This document shows positions 1 through 12,552 of a stretch of DNA of 64,000 nucleotides, piece after piece. Where the stretch lies: positions 3,224,001 through 3,288,000 of the forward strand of contig NC_134031.1 of assembly GCF_964204645.1 (NCBI RefSeq). The letters run 5' to 3'. The notes under the pieces were generated by a model. It was not told where the DNA came from. It did no database searches and worked only from the letters and a program-made list of their open reading frames with translations. Each line of letters opens with the position of its first letter. Position 1 is the stretch's first letter. The position numbers and the translations under genes are program-made. Source of the stretch: Tubulanus polymorphus (Eukaryota > Animalia > Nemertea).

Positions 1-83
1 TGAAACCCAACTGTCAACCGGATGATTCATTTTTGTTCGTCCCCTCGACGAGGAACATTAATTCTTGTTTTCTCACATGTCAG

Positions 84-148
84 AATTCATGGAAAATCTA
101 TCGGAGACGATTCTCGGCGTCCTACGTAATAACGTTCACCTTTCGTGA
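84..148 (+). CDS. Possible terminal coding exon of an upstream gene (EFMENLSETILGVLRNNVHLS*)
   Basis: A pyrimidine-rich acceptor (ttgttttctcacatgtcag) ends at 83 and is followed by a short open frame ending TGA at 146-148. The rest of the gene would lie outside the window; product unknown. Confidence 0.3.
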
Positions 149-1952
149 AAAACGCATATACAAAAACCTCGTTTATAGCAATAGCTTGAAATTTCAGCAA
201 CTAAGAAACGTGTTACAAGACTAATTAGAATTGATACCTTGGATCGGCGGGGGTTCCACTGCTGCCTGCAGCTTAGCCATTGCGGGTGTAATTCGTCTGG
301 AATACTTCGTAAAAGCTTTTTAAAACACGTTGGACAAAAATAAGCAAATCGTTGCTTCACCGCGAATAGCACTTCGTAGTTCAATAACAGACAACGCTGC
401 CTTCTTTAGATTTCAGTAAATACCATGAACGGGTCAGAAAGCTAGTATCCCTCTCGCTATTACTTCCCTATTTTACGGCCTTATCGCGCTTTCTCGCTCA
501 CGATGGGATTAACGAGTTCATCTTAAAAACACCGGTCGTCTGGGAATTGAAATCTGTGACCCTAACACCGTCTTAACCAAATCATATTACGCCGAAGTAG
601 ACCCTACGGAGCGATAATAGTCTATAGCACGTTACGAGACCGTCGCATCGGACAAGCTAAGCCTTAAATCAATGGTGTAAACTAGCAACCAAGCCAGCTA
701 TTTATCGCCGCGTGTAAAGCGGAGGTGTTAGACTAATAGATAATATTTTGTAGATGCAGAAGGCTGTTTTCTAAGCTGTCATAATGGTTTCCGCGCAATT
801 GCATTTCATTTTGCACGATAGTAGGCTGCTGGGCTTCTGAAATTGGCAGATAGATTCTTTCCGATTATGAACATTAGGGAAAAAATGATACGCGAATAAC
901 TGCATAGTCACTGCACGCACACAAAAACTCTGCCTAATGGGTATGCGTCTCGTAAATTAATGGCTTATTTCACGGAAAATATACCTGATTTTTACCGGAT
1001 TGTTTACTGCGCTGCGGCTCTGATAGTGACGTCAGCAAATGACGTAGGTGCCTCGCATCGCCCTCTGGAGGTGAATCGATAAACTAAAGATGATATTATG
1101 TTTTTTGGTAAACGAGACGGTTTTTAACACTAGATTTCGCGATTTTTCTTTGATGACCGGACGCCGCCGCCTTTTCTCATCTCCTTTTTGATGGTCGGTT
1201 GTATTTTGTTTAAAGCAAACCTCTTGTTCCGGAATCTGGAAGTGATAGAATACCCCGGATGTTATGTCGGCCTGGTTGTTGTCGCACAAGTCACGCCCCG
1301 ACGCATAGCCTTCGTTAACGAATAACAATTTTTTTTCTTTATTTCTTTCATTTAGTAACAAGCATAACAAACAGCAACGAAATAACACCCGTGTGGAACA
1401 GTATAGTAAAAAGTGCTTTTAACCAATACGCCTATCATTATCGATTATTAAAGCATTTGCATTCTATTCGAAATTTCGAAACTTTAAACGTCATAATCAG
1501 TTTTAGAATACCAAAGAACAAGTGACTCGATACCAAAATCGTGAAAATCGGACATCAATATATTTTTCAATATTTTCCCACAAGGGCTGCGGTTATCTCG
1601 GATTTTGGGGTTTTGATGAAAACGCCCAAGTGTGCCAGTTTGGTGCTCATCAGATTTGGATCCAGCACCCCAAAATCTATTAGAAACAGCAAAAAACTGA
1701 CTAGATTTTTAAAAAACGAGGTTCAGCCAAAAAAACGAGGTTTTATCTCTTGAACTAAAACATCTTTTCTGAATCCCTGCGTCGTTCTGCGATTGCACGT
1801 CCGAATCTGCAAGAGATGAGATCTACACGCCGTGACCAGTCTGCAAAAAACGAATTCCTTATACGGATTGAATAATCTCTAACACAATCTAGGACCGTCT
1901 GACTTCCCCGTCTAATTGCATTCGGTGTCTTCCATTCCATCTCCCCGTGTAA

Positions 1953-2106
1953 ATATATATAAAACAGCTAAGCTGTCACACACGAATTTCATGTCATTTC
2001 GCATTTCATAATCGATCCTTTTAAGTCATTGGGCGGCGCGCGGATTCGTCTGGTTTTCCTTCTCGCGCTCATTGTACCCCGTCGATCCTAAACCAGACAC
2101 GTATGT
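1953..2106 (+). promoter_or_regulatory. Candidate TATA promoter and non-coding first exon of the cadherin gene
   Basis: TATATATAAAA at ~1954-1964 and a donor-like ac|gtatgt at 2100/2101. The cadherin ATG (3673) directly follows an acceptor-like gtgtccag. No transcript evidence. Confidence 0.3.
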
Positions 2107-2367
2107 TATATATACACGTGAGATTGTTTTCGATGTAACTAATCCTCCGACTGGTTCGCGACACATTTCTAAAAAGTTCTATGCGGCGATGCGTGCAGTA
2201 ATCTGTCTGAAGTCATTACCGAGATACGTAATTCAAATCTGGACTCGCGGGGATCGTTTCCTGTGTAATATTCGTCTGCCGAAACGAAATTATCGAGAGA
2301 AATAAACATACATCGATTTGATTATCAACGTTAAAACAAGTCCTTTATACCATAGTTGACGCCAGTA

Positions 2368-2475
2368 GTTCCCCAAAGTTCGATGTTCCCCAAAGGTGTT
2401 CTGGCAATGTTCCGACATATTGTTCCGGAGTTCCAGAAGTATGTTCCCAAAAGGTGTTCTTTCAATGTTCCCACA
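2368..2475. repeat. Degenerate short tandem repeat (GTTCCC(C)AAAG / TGTTC units)
   Basis: Repeated gttccccaaag, gttcccaaaagg and atgttcc units are visible directly. Confidence 0.6.
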
Positions 2476-2790
2476 TGCGTTCTATGATTTAAGAATTCCA
2501 AAAGTCTACTCAAATGAAAATGTTCTAAGGAGTGTTCAAAATATTTTCTTACTTTTTACAGTGGTAGTTTCAAACATTTTTCCTCATATCTCATTATAAT
2601 CATTATTATTTTTATCATTAATAATCATCATCATTATTATTGCCACTTATTGTTATTATCATCTATCATAAACCTTTTTTTCAAGGGGCCTAAACGCCGA
2701 AATGATTGTAGCAGCCTTTATGAAATAGATGTGATATTTTAAGCGCTATATTTGCACAAAGAAAGAGAATAAGCTTTAACATTGTATGAA

Positions 2791-2951
<161 letters not shown>

Positions 2952-3672
2952 AAAAACACCTAGTACAGTAAAATGAAGTTAATTGATAATATTAATTGAT
3001 GTATCAAAAGAATTTTTCGATTTTCGATGTTATTTCTTTTAGAAATTTCCCTCGTTCAATTTCAGACATAACAGAAGGTTATCTCGCCGTATGCGCTACC
3101 TATCTACTCTTCTGAGCGGTAATCGACAGCGGAAAAATCTAATCCATTTGGCTTTTAATATCCTGCCCCGCAGACATACTCGTAAATCTAAACCAAAACT
3201 TATATCCAACGCGTATATTATTCTTTATCATCCCATATTCAGTTAAAACTACTTTTAGTACGGACCTCGAGTGCAGCGGTGAAATCATCATCCGAAAGTC
3301 GATTTATATAAATCTAGCAGAATTATCAACCTCATTGCAGCGATCTCGAAAATATAAATCTAGAAAATTTCAATTGAATTAAATCTCTAGTCTAGGCAGT
3401 ATATCAAAATTCTGTCCCCGCAATAACATTAAGTATCGGGCTTTGAAATATATATTCGTGTGAAATGTTTGAATAATTTATCGTTTTCCACGACGAGAGA
3501 TAAAGGGAATATTTTTATTAAGGGTTGAATAGTTATGAGGCCGCCTCGAGAAAGCTCATAACTTGTTTTCGATCGTCGAAGTATATAAGAAGCTACCGTT
3601 CTATGATACCGACGCGTTCTCGGACTTGGGAAACTTTGAAGTTTTCGTGTCAGGAAAAAGTCTCGTGTCCAG

Positions 3673-6600
3673 ATGTATTCGGCCGAGTTTGGAATAATCT
3701 TACTATTGTTTTGCGGGATTTTCCCATCCGTACTTACACAGTATAAGAGACCAAGTAAGATTTAATCGATCGAATCGGATCGAAAGCAAAGATTAATTCT
3801 TTAACAATAGTTACCATAAAGTAGCATTTATCGATAACATTGCTACTAAATAATACAGTTTCTAATATACCGTGGTTACAAAAGCTTAACCCTTTAAACT
3901 AAAAACCATATTGTAACAAAAAACTCGTTTAAAAGTTTGTTGACGGCTTGAAAAGTAACACGAATGTATTTCTAGACATTGTCTATGAATATATATGAAT
4001 AATATATACTCAAATTATTTTGATTTTGGATATATCGACAATTGATCAGTCTAACCCCAATATTGATAACAATATTGAAACACCAATATTGATGACTTCG
4101 ACTCACACAGAACCCGTGAAATAATACACGTAAATCAATATACATAAATTTTTATAACCAAAGGTTTTGATAAAAAGAAATTTTGCCCATTTGGATTTGA
4201 AAACGTAGACAGATCTTTGGAATTAGGAAATAAATTGGGTGGAAAATGGTCATGTATTTCGAATTAAGTTAGATAATTAATCAGTTATTGACATATGATA
4301 CTAAATTATTGGCCTTTCTCGTTTTTATTCATTGATGTTTTGTTTTTTTTTTTTGGGAAGAAATTGAGTTCACAACCGGTAATACGATCACACCCGGGTT
4401 GGCTAAAATCGACGAAAACAGTAAAGCCGTAGTGGAACTTTACAACTTCAGCACCGCGGTTACCGCCGGTGAACCTTTGATGTACTACTGCACAGTGAAT
4501 CCGGCAGATGGCAACTTCCAATTCACATTTGAGGGTAAGTTATTCATTTCTCGCTATTTTCAAATACGAGAACGTCGTCCATTTAAGGGGCATACACGTG
4601 GCGCCATTGTTGGGCAATTACGGGACATGATAACAGCAAAAACCATCAAGCCATTTCTAGATCGACTACTAGATTTTAAATCTTATTCTTTAATACAATT
4701 AGAGCTATATTTTCAATGCGCTAAGTAAACGACATGGTTCGGTCGCCCAAAATTACTATAAACATAGGGATGTAAAAACTTATGGGTAAATCATCTCAAT
4801 ATTTGCACATAGGAATATAGAAACTAGTGGAACCTATCATTTGAATATTTGAATAGCCTAGATATGGGGATGTAGAAACGTTCGAGTGTTTTGTATCAAG
4901 GGGAATTAGAAACTGCTGGGATCGTCGTGTAATCAAACATAACTAATGATCGGGTTTGAGAAGTAAAATGGGACCCATCTTGTAAATCACTTATCTTCTT
5001 TGCTTCGTTACGTATGTCTAAAAAATCGCATGCTTTACATGAACAAGCTCTCGGGCGGGATTATGTGGGGATGTAGAAACCCCAGAGATCGTCCGTATCA
5101 ACGGGATTTAGAAACTTCTACGATCTGCCCCCGCTTTATTTTCAGACGGGATTCTATCGACCGTCGGAGCGAACGACGATTTCAACTACGAGAGAACGAC
5201 TGAATATGAAATAATCGTTTACGGCGCCGACGGGTTGAAAGACAATAGCGGTTCCACAACAGTAACCGTCTCTATCAATGACGTCAATGAACCTCCGACA
5301 TTGGACAATGTTCCCGCTACGATCATGTTCTATGAAAACTTCCCCATCGATAATGGCCCTGAGTTCAGAATCATTTATACGGTAGGAATTTTTTATCATT
5401 AAATCTATTCTTGAGTCTTCGGTTTAGCGAATGACATCATTGTAGCCTAAGGTTATTTATTTACATGATTTCAGTACGTCACATAGGTCGCCATGCAAGC
5501 GGCTAGCTGAAATAACAAGAAAATTAACTTGAAAGTTTATTGATACCTTGAAAAATAACACACATATTGCTTATTACTGTCGACAATAAATAATATAAGA
5601 TAAATAATACAATATTAAAGATCAATAAAGTTATTTTGGATTTGAACATCTATCATTGAATGAATTGACCGACAACCAGTCTAGACCCGATATATTGATG
5701 AAAGGAAAGCTATGAAATGTATCTAATTACAAAATAAACGCCAAAATTCACATTATTTATGTTACATTATTCATTTGTTATTTTGAAACACCTATATTGA
5801 TGACGTAGTGCACATCGTCTCACACAGAACCCATAAATAACGCATGCTAGGTATCAATGTATATAGACATTATTGTAACGGTTTTTACGGCGTCCAAATT
5901 TAAGAGAACGAAAAATTTTACGTTCAATGAACATAAAGGATGTTTTTCTTTAATAAACATTGAATGAGTGAAGGAATCATTTTCGTCCAAAATACAAACA
6001 GGTGAAATGTTCGGATCCGGACACGACAGCAACTGACAACACATGGAAGACTTTTACTTATCACATGGACACGGTTATACCTAAACGTCGCAGTAATCCT
6101 TACGATGACGTATTCCTGTTAGAACCGGCGAGTGAGTATATTCAATTTGAATTTTGACCCGAAACCTATCACCGTAATCTAATATATCTAGCAGTACGTG
6201 GCATAAACTTTTAGCCGGTCCCATAGTTAAAACGGTTATGGACTTTTAACGAACAACTTATGACTTATGACTTTTTGAACTGGCCAACAAGAGTGAATCG
6301 AGCATGTCCGCCCCCACAGGGAGTGAAGACACCCTTTTTATTTTGCTTATGTATATCTATAACTTGATGAAGTTCCAAATACATTATTTTTTTTTTTTTT
6401 TTTTTTTTATTACACAATAATGCAAAGATTTAGAAAAGTGAATTATTTACCAGCAGTATCCACCAAACACCTCAAAATCTAAAAAATAAAAAAATCCCTG
6501 TTAAGAAATTATTATATTTTCAAAGCTGGAATATTGCGGATGAAAAAATCGCCGAACCACGAGGTCTACGACCGATACCATTTCATATTCTGGTGCACGG

Positions 6601-9600
6601 ACGGTGCAGGTTTGTCGAGCAGTCGACACGGATTGAATCTAGACATAGCTAACGTTAACGAATCGCCGTGGTTCAACGTGTCCTCGGCGCCTTACTTTAG
6701 CATGTACCACGGCGCCGAAACTTACTCGTGCGAGATATTCGAAGAATCGGTACGTGATCCATAACGGTATTTACAAAAAAGAAAAGCTGAAAAATATCAA
6801 AATGATAAACAAACCTGCAGCGAATTCAATGTTCGAACGTGTAGAAAATCTCACCATCAGAGAAAAGAAAATCAGTTTCGAAAAGTAGAGTACGTCACGT
6901 TAGTCTAACAGTCACGTTGAATAAGATATTGAAACTCTTTTTTGGTGCTAAACGAACCATCTGAATCGTAGAATCGTATTTGTCGCCACTGAAAAAAATT
7001 TGGATCGCCAAAACGATTGCTTAATCGATGCAAACAGTAAATGTCGAAAGATTACGAAAGGACTCTCGACCCGACCGTTAATTCGAAATGTTTTCATTCG
7101 ATATTTCTAGCCTATAGGCATGCAGCTTCCCATTCCACCAATCACAGCCTACGACGAGGACTTCAACGACGTGTTGACCTATCAACTCGAAGGTCGGGAT
7201 CACTGGTTCTTCGAGGTCAGATCGATAAACGGGAGTGCGCACATTTTCGTGAAGAAGCGTATTGATTTTGAATCTCGGGATCCACGCCTTACCACTCCAT
7301 TCGTTCAGACATCTTCGTGGACAATAACACTAAGTAAGTCGATTACTAAAACACGAGTTTCTAGTTCAAAAATATATAGTTCGGTGCGATCGATTGATCC
7401 GCACGCTCATTCCCCTTAAAAACCGTGGTTTTAATCATTTTCTAAAACAGATATACTGGGATAAATCTCTATAACCTACTTAATAAAAAGCGTACCCAAA
7501 TACTTGCATTGATTGCAGGTAAATAATGAATGCAATTTTCAATCAGGAAACAACAACCGTTTTGTAATGATTTTGAGATAAGAGGATACTAGTGGATCAG
7601 CCACGTTAACCTGGCGTTGAATCAGTGTAAAGAAAAATAGTACTTAGATGGTTAACTTGATTTTATTAGAAGTACGAGCTTTCAATACTGTTGTATGGTA
7701 GCTTCATTGGATGAACTGATAAAGCTACCATACTCTAGTAGCGAAAGCTCTTACTTTTGATAAAATGCAGATAATCTTCATGTACTTCTATTCGTCTGTT
7801 TACTGATTCATCATAATTTCCATAAAAGTAGATAAAGTGAATTTCTGAAAATATTTCCAGTCGTATCAGCTTACGATAAGCGACTATTCCGGACACTGGA
7901 CACGGATAAAGATGGCACTCCTGGTTATCAGAACAATGATGTAGACAAAGCGAGTTGGTTAGAGGTTAAAGTTCAGGTATACGACATAAACGATAACCTT
8001 CCCGAATGTGCGCCGACCTATTACGAAGCGACCATCGCCGAGAACACGCCCGTCGATACCAGTATTCTGACCATCTCTTGTACAGATATCGACTACGATA
8101 AACAAATTGCCTACACCGTCAACGGTAGCGAATTGGCTGTGAAATACTTCTGGGTGGACAGCCAGAACCCGGAGGGTATCCTCAAGACGAAAGGCCCGGC
8201 AGATTATGAGAAGGCTAGGTCGGTGTTGTTTTACGTGTACGCTTACCAGGGGCTGTACCCGAATCGAACGTGGACCAACGTCACGGTTCGGATACACATA
8301 ACTCCGATTAACGACAAGAAGCCAGTTTTCAAGAAACAATTTTACAATTTCGAGATTCGATATGACGCTGATGTGGGGACATCAGTCGGTCGCGTGTCGG
8401 CAAGTGACGATGATACAGGTAGGATCGAAAATGAATAAGACGAATTGAAATCAGATCTCAAAAGTGAAATAGATTCATTTTTTCGCAAGGACTGACGGAA
8501 CTTGGCTATTAGCTTAAGTTTAACTTAAAGTCTTAGAGCTAACATTAAAACATTTTATCAAGCTAATATTTGGGAGGGCTTCTGTATCCCCCTCATCGCC
8601 GAAGGTCCGCCCTGATCCGACTCAAAGAAAATTTGAGCATCGATTGGGCATGCTTGCATACTGACTTGGTTTGGGGCGAAATGTCACGAAAACGAAGCAA
8701 TATTCAGATGGTAAGGATATAAAAGTTGATTTCTACGTTACGTTTTTAGGTACTGCGGCGTTACTCAGTTATCACTGGGTTTCGAAGAATACGTTATTCA
8801 AGATGGCCGCCCACGAAGGTATCATTTTCACTTTGAAAAAACTGGAAACCTCGAAAACGTACATTTATCACGCGCACGCCAAGGATAACGACTTTCCAGC
8901 GAAATACAGCGAGTAAAGACTGTTTAATTAATGCATTTGAATCGGTTTCGTGCAAATCTTTTTATAGAAATCTTTTCTACCAATCATGATTTTTTTGTTT
9001 TGCCCGTCTTGATTTTCATTCTAATAACTTGTAAAAGTTATGTTCATTTAGTGATTTGCAAAAAAGTTATTCTTTCATTTCTTCCATCATTCAAAATCAA
9101 ACACATCAAAAAATTCATCCCCTTTTCAAATGTTTTTTTTCTGCAGTTTATCCTAGGTTTTATTTGGTTAAAAAAAACTTATTTCAAGAAAACTTATCCC
9201 TTCGCCCTCCCATTTTACTTAAATCCAAGCTCCAAGTAATTGAAAGGCCTTAGATACTATAGTCTACAAAACTAGACATCTTAATTTAGAATTTCGTTTT
9301 CAAATTCATTTTCGAATTATTCGCGTGTATATTTCCAGGCATATAGGTATTCGTATAGACACGTTTAACCCTGCGCCGTATATGGTGGACTTCGTTGTGG
9401 CACAGCCGTTGAGTTATTTCAACGAGACGATCATCGAAGAATTTGAAGCCGCTATCACATCGGCGTGTCCTCCATGCGTCGGGCGTGTTTCCAGCACGCG
9501 AGTAGACGCCAGCGATCCTTCGGCGTGAGTATAGTACTGAACTAGTGTTCTAGAAAAATTTCATCATTGCCAAAGGGCCGTATTAGGATTTACCTGTCAG

Positions 9601-10984
9601 ACACAGCTTAAAGCGTATTTCTATTGGAAGCTGGCTCCAGGTTCCGGGAGCCAGCTTCACAGGGGTTAAAAAAAATTGATACCTTGTTCCTCCTTTCTGC
9701 TGAACTTGAAAGCTGACCCGGCCGGCGGCCTGTCTACCCTGCTCATTACTTTTTTTCAATCAAGCTAGCCATAAGAGATCCGGCACCTATGCAAGTGAAC
9801 TGATTACAACAAATTATATCGTGGTTTACAAAATGACCAGGCCGATTAAGAAAGACCAGGTATCATTTTATCTATCCTTACATGTTTTGCAGGACGGTCG
9901 TGTCGGTTTACGCTCTGAAAGACGCCACGACCGAATCGTACGCCAACATCGATCAGCCGAAATACTATCTCAGTCGACCGGAAATGCTCGAAATATTCAG
10001 CGTCAATTCCGAAGGTCAACCTTCAACTGCAGTCGCCCTGACGACGTTCCATAAATTCCCCGTGATTTCGGTTAGTATCGATAGACTGTGCAAAAACTAT
10101 CTCGGTCTACAATTCAGTATCCAGTTGCTCACTATTAACTACGAATAATATGAATTATATGAATAAGTTCATTTTCAATGAGATAACTCTGGAGTCAATA
10201 ACGAGACGAGTAGTACTATATACGTACCTACCGTACATGTAGCAAAAGCTCGTGCGTCAAATAAATAGTTAATCAATATAGAAATCCTAAACCCGGTTAA
10301 CTCGGCTACTCTACGAATCTCCTCTTGAGTCTAATGATAAAAGAAATCGCCACCTTTCTAAAGATTCATAGGTGTAAATTTTGTGCCAAAAGAGGGATGG
10401 ACGATATTTAATCGCTCTAGAGGTTTTAGTTTAAAAAATGTTAAAATCTGTCCAACAATGCGGGAACCGCGGGACCGCCTCAAAATTGCGCCTGGTAAAT
10501 TGGAAACTTTTTTTATTTCTAAAAGCCCTAATCTAAAAGTGTACATTATTTACCCACACAGGTGAAACCGCAAGCCGGACCAGATATGACCGCTTCGGAA
10601 TGGTTACTGAACACGCACGGCGGTAGATTCATAATCACGCTGTTGAGTCTGATCGCCCTGGCCTTATTACTTACTGCTCTGGTCTACCTGCTGAAGTGGT
10701 TAATACCACTGTGCAAGGAAATCAACTGCGCCAAATGCAATTGCCCGAAACTAAATTGTGATTGTTGCAAAAGGTCAGTCATTCGTGTTTCTTAGATGTT
10801 TTCGCTCGGCGGTGAAGACCATTAGAAAAGTAATCAGTGCATTCGACATTTCGTCTTTTTCAGACCTGCTTCACCACCTCCGAAAAAGATCGCGCATCCA
10901 GACGGGGACGTCAACGTAATGGACTTCCGCTATAAAGACGCGCCACTAGTGCCACCTACCGTGCTCAAACCGACTACGGCGTGA
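3673..10984 (+). CDS. Non-classical cadherin-related type I membrane protein, ~828 aa, 12 coding exons (SP, 5 EC repeats, membrane-adjacent domain, TM, Cys-rich short tail)
   Basis: Phase-consistent GT-AG exons: 3673-3754, 4361-4534, 5146-5381, 6002-6131, 6526-6749, 7111-7333, 7861-8418, 8750-8912, 9339-9524, 9893-10070, 10562-10773, 10864-10984 (2487 nt, divisible by 3, no internal stop). Signal peptide MYSAEFGIILLLFCGIFPSVLT. Cadherin motifs include DFNYE, INDVNEPP, CSDPD, NVNESP, AYDED, IDFE, YDINDNLP, IAENTP, CTDID, ADYE, PINDKKPVF and ASDDD. TM is FIITLLSLIALALLLTALVYLLKWLI. Confidence 0.93.
4765..5120. repeat. Degenerate intronic repeat with recurring GGGATGTAGAAAC / GGGAATTAGAAAC units
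   Basis: The unit recurs at ~4768, 4812, 4867, 4900, 5068 and 5103. Confidence 0.5.
5660..5850 (+). repeat. Dispersed repeat family A (CCAGTCTAGACCC...AATATTGATGACGTAGTGCACATCGACTCACACAGAACCC)
   Basis: Similar copies at ~4020-4130, 21235-21460, 22075-22155, 30075-30265 and, reversed, at 43820-44035. Confidence 0.8.
7660..7766. mobile_element. Inverted repeat carrying two degenerate minimal hammerhead-like motifs (Penelope-like remnant)
   Basis: CTGATAA-agctac...gtagc-GAAAGCTC on + (7716-7750). The mirror copy on - has pairing flanks (ttttattagaagtacgagctttc / gaaagctcttacttttgataaaa). Confidence 0.5.
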
Positions 10985-11415
10985 TTTATAAAATCAGAGA
11001 GCCGTGAAAACTTTGGTGTTGAATAATTCGATCGAAAAAAACCGCTTATTGCTAATAGAATATATACCAAACGAAGCTTCAATTTGCGGAGGGACCCAAG
11101 AAGAAAATTGATATTAAACCTTTGAAAAATATGTGAAAAGTAGTGTCTTTCTTTTTTGTAAATGATAAATGTACATATGATGTGTTAAACTATGACTTGT
11201 AACATCGGCTCTTACAGTACTACAGAATGTCTAGAAAGTATGGACTGGCTTGATGAACGATTACCACCTTCATTATAGATGTTTGTATAAATTTTTAGGT
11301 TCAATTTTCAACACCATTCACCTGACGAAGAATGCTAGAATAAGGATTATATTTAGGCTTTCCTTGTAAATGCATACGGTGTTTACAATATAGGTCGACT
11401 TCCGACCGTTATAGA

Positions 11416-11471
11416 AATAAATAAATTTATTTTCAAATTCCGTAAATCTGCAAAAGGCCCTTTAGAATAAA
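11416..11471 (+). terminator. Candidate polyadenylation signals of the cadherin gene
   Basis: AATAAA at 11416-11421 and 11466-11471, about 430-490 nt after the stop codon. Confidence 0.5.
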
Positions 11472-12531
11472 CTGTTTTGTGCGACGATAATTCGGTCTAC
11501 GCAGTATGTATTTTATGATGGACGTTTAGTACGTCAGAATGCTACACTCGCATAATGATACATCTAATTGATTCCCACGTGCGTCATAAATTTGTCCGGG
11601 TCTGTGGGAAATTCGCCATGAAATATGACAATAGAACGTGTCCGCAGGAGAAAGGCGCGCTGACAACCGTAAAGTAAACGGCGCAATCTACGTAAACTTC
11701 TGTAAAGCCGTAATCAACCAACCGCGTAAAAAGCGAGAGTAAAATATACACTTGGATTTTTCCTCGACAAAAATGAGCTACCGTTTTGATTCACGTGCAC
11801 GTATGTTTTTCAATATGATCACGTGAAAACCTGAAAATGTTGCAATCGACAAAATAGATTTTTAAATCCGTCTGAGGATTCTGCAATGTTCTATTTATAC
11901 GAATAAAACCATTTAATTTGCGAATAAAATCTTTAAAAATCCTTTCAGCACTGTCTTGGCTGCATATTATAATGACGAATGGTTGCTTCGTACAGATATT
12001 GGCCGTTGAAGAGATAGAATACACGACAAAGATCCTATACGACGATATCTTCAAAGAATGTATCAAATTTCTTAAGTTGATACTCGTAAATAGTCACGTA
12101 CTAAACGGATGACCCGTACGATAGAGCTATATTGAAATGAAAATTAAAATATCTCAGGTGAAACGTGAGAAATCGTTTCGGAAGCTTGTTGCGTTTTCGA
12201 ATCGACGATAGATGACATCAAACGTAAAGACACTGACAACTTTGTACGGTCTCTCGCCGGTAGAACAATCAATACGCATACCGTCGCAAGCCATTAACCG
12301 TCGACACAAAGGCAGATAAATGCAGTATATTAACCTAGGTCTGTTCTGGATGATATGAATATTGTATTATTGCCGGCGTGGCAGAGCGCTGTTTTCTTTT
12401 TTTTACCGAAGTTAATTTGCACCTGACTTCGCATTTAAGCATCGCGTTTCGGGCGCAGTACGCCTGTGCGTGCTATAAACACAAAACAAATTGGTATTTC
12501 TCATATAGATCATAGAGAAGTCCTACGCGCA

Positions 12532-12552
12532 GACACACACACACACACACAC
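12532..12552. repeat. (CA)n microsatellite
   Basis: Direct observation. Confidence 0.9.

Noticed and set aside
7959-8339. 126-aa minus-strand ORF (and 5154-5399, 4306-4521)
   Set aside because: These are antisense shadows of cadherin exons.
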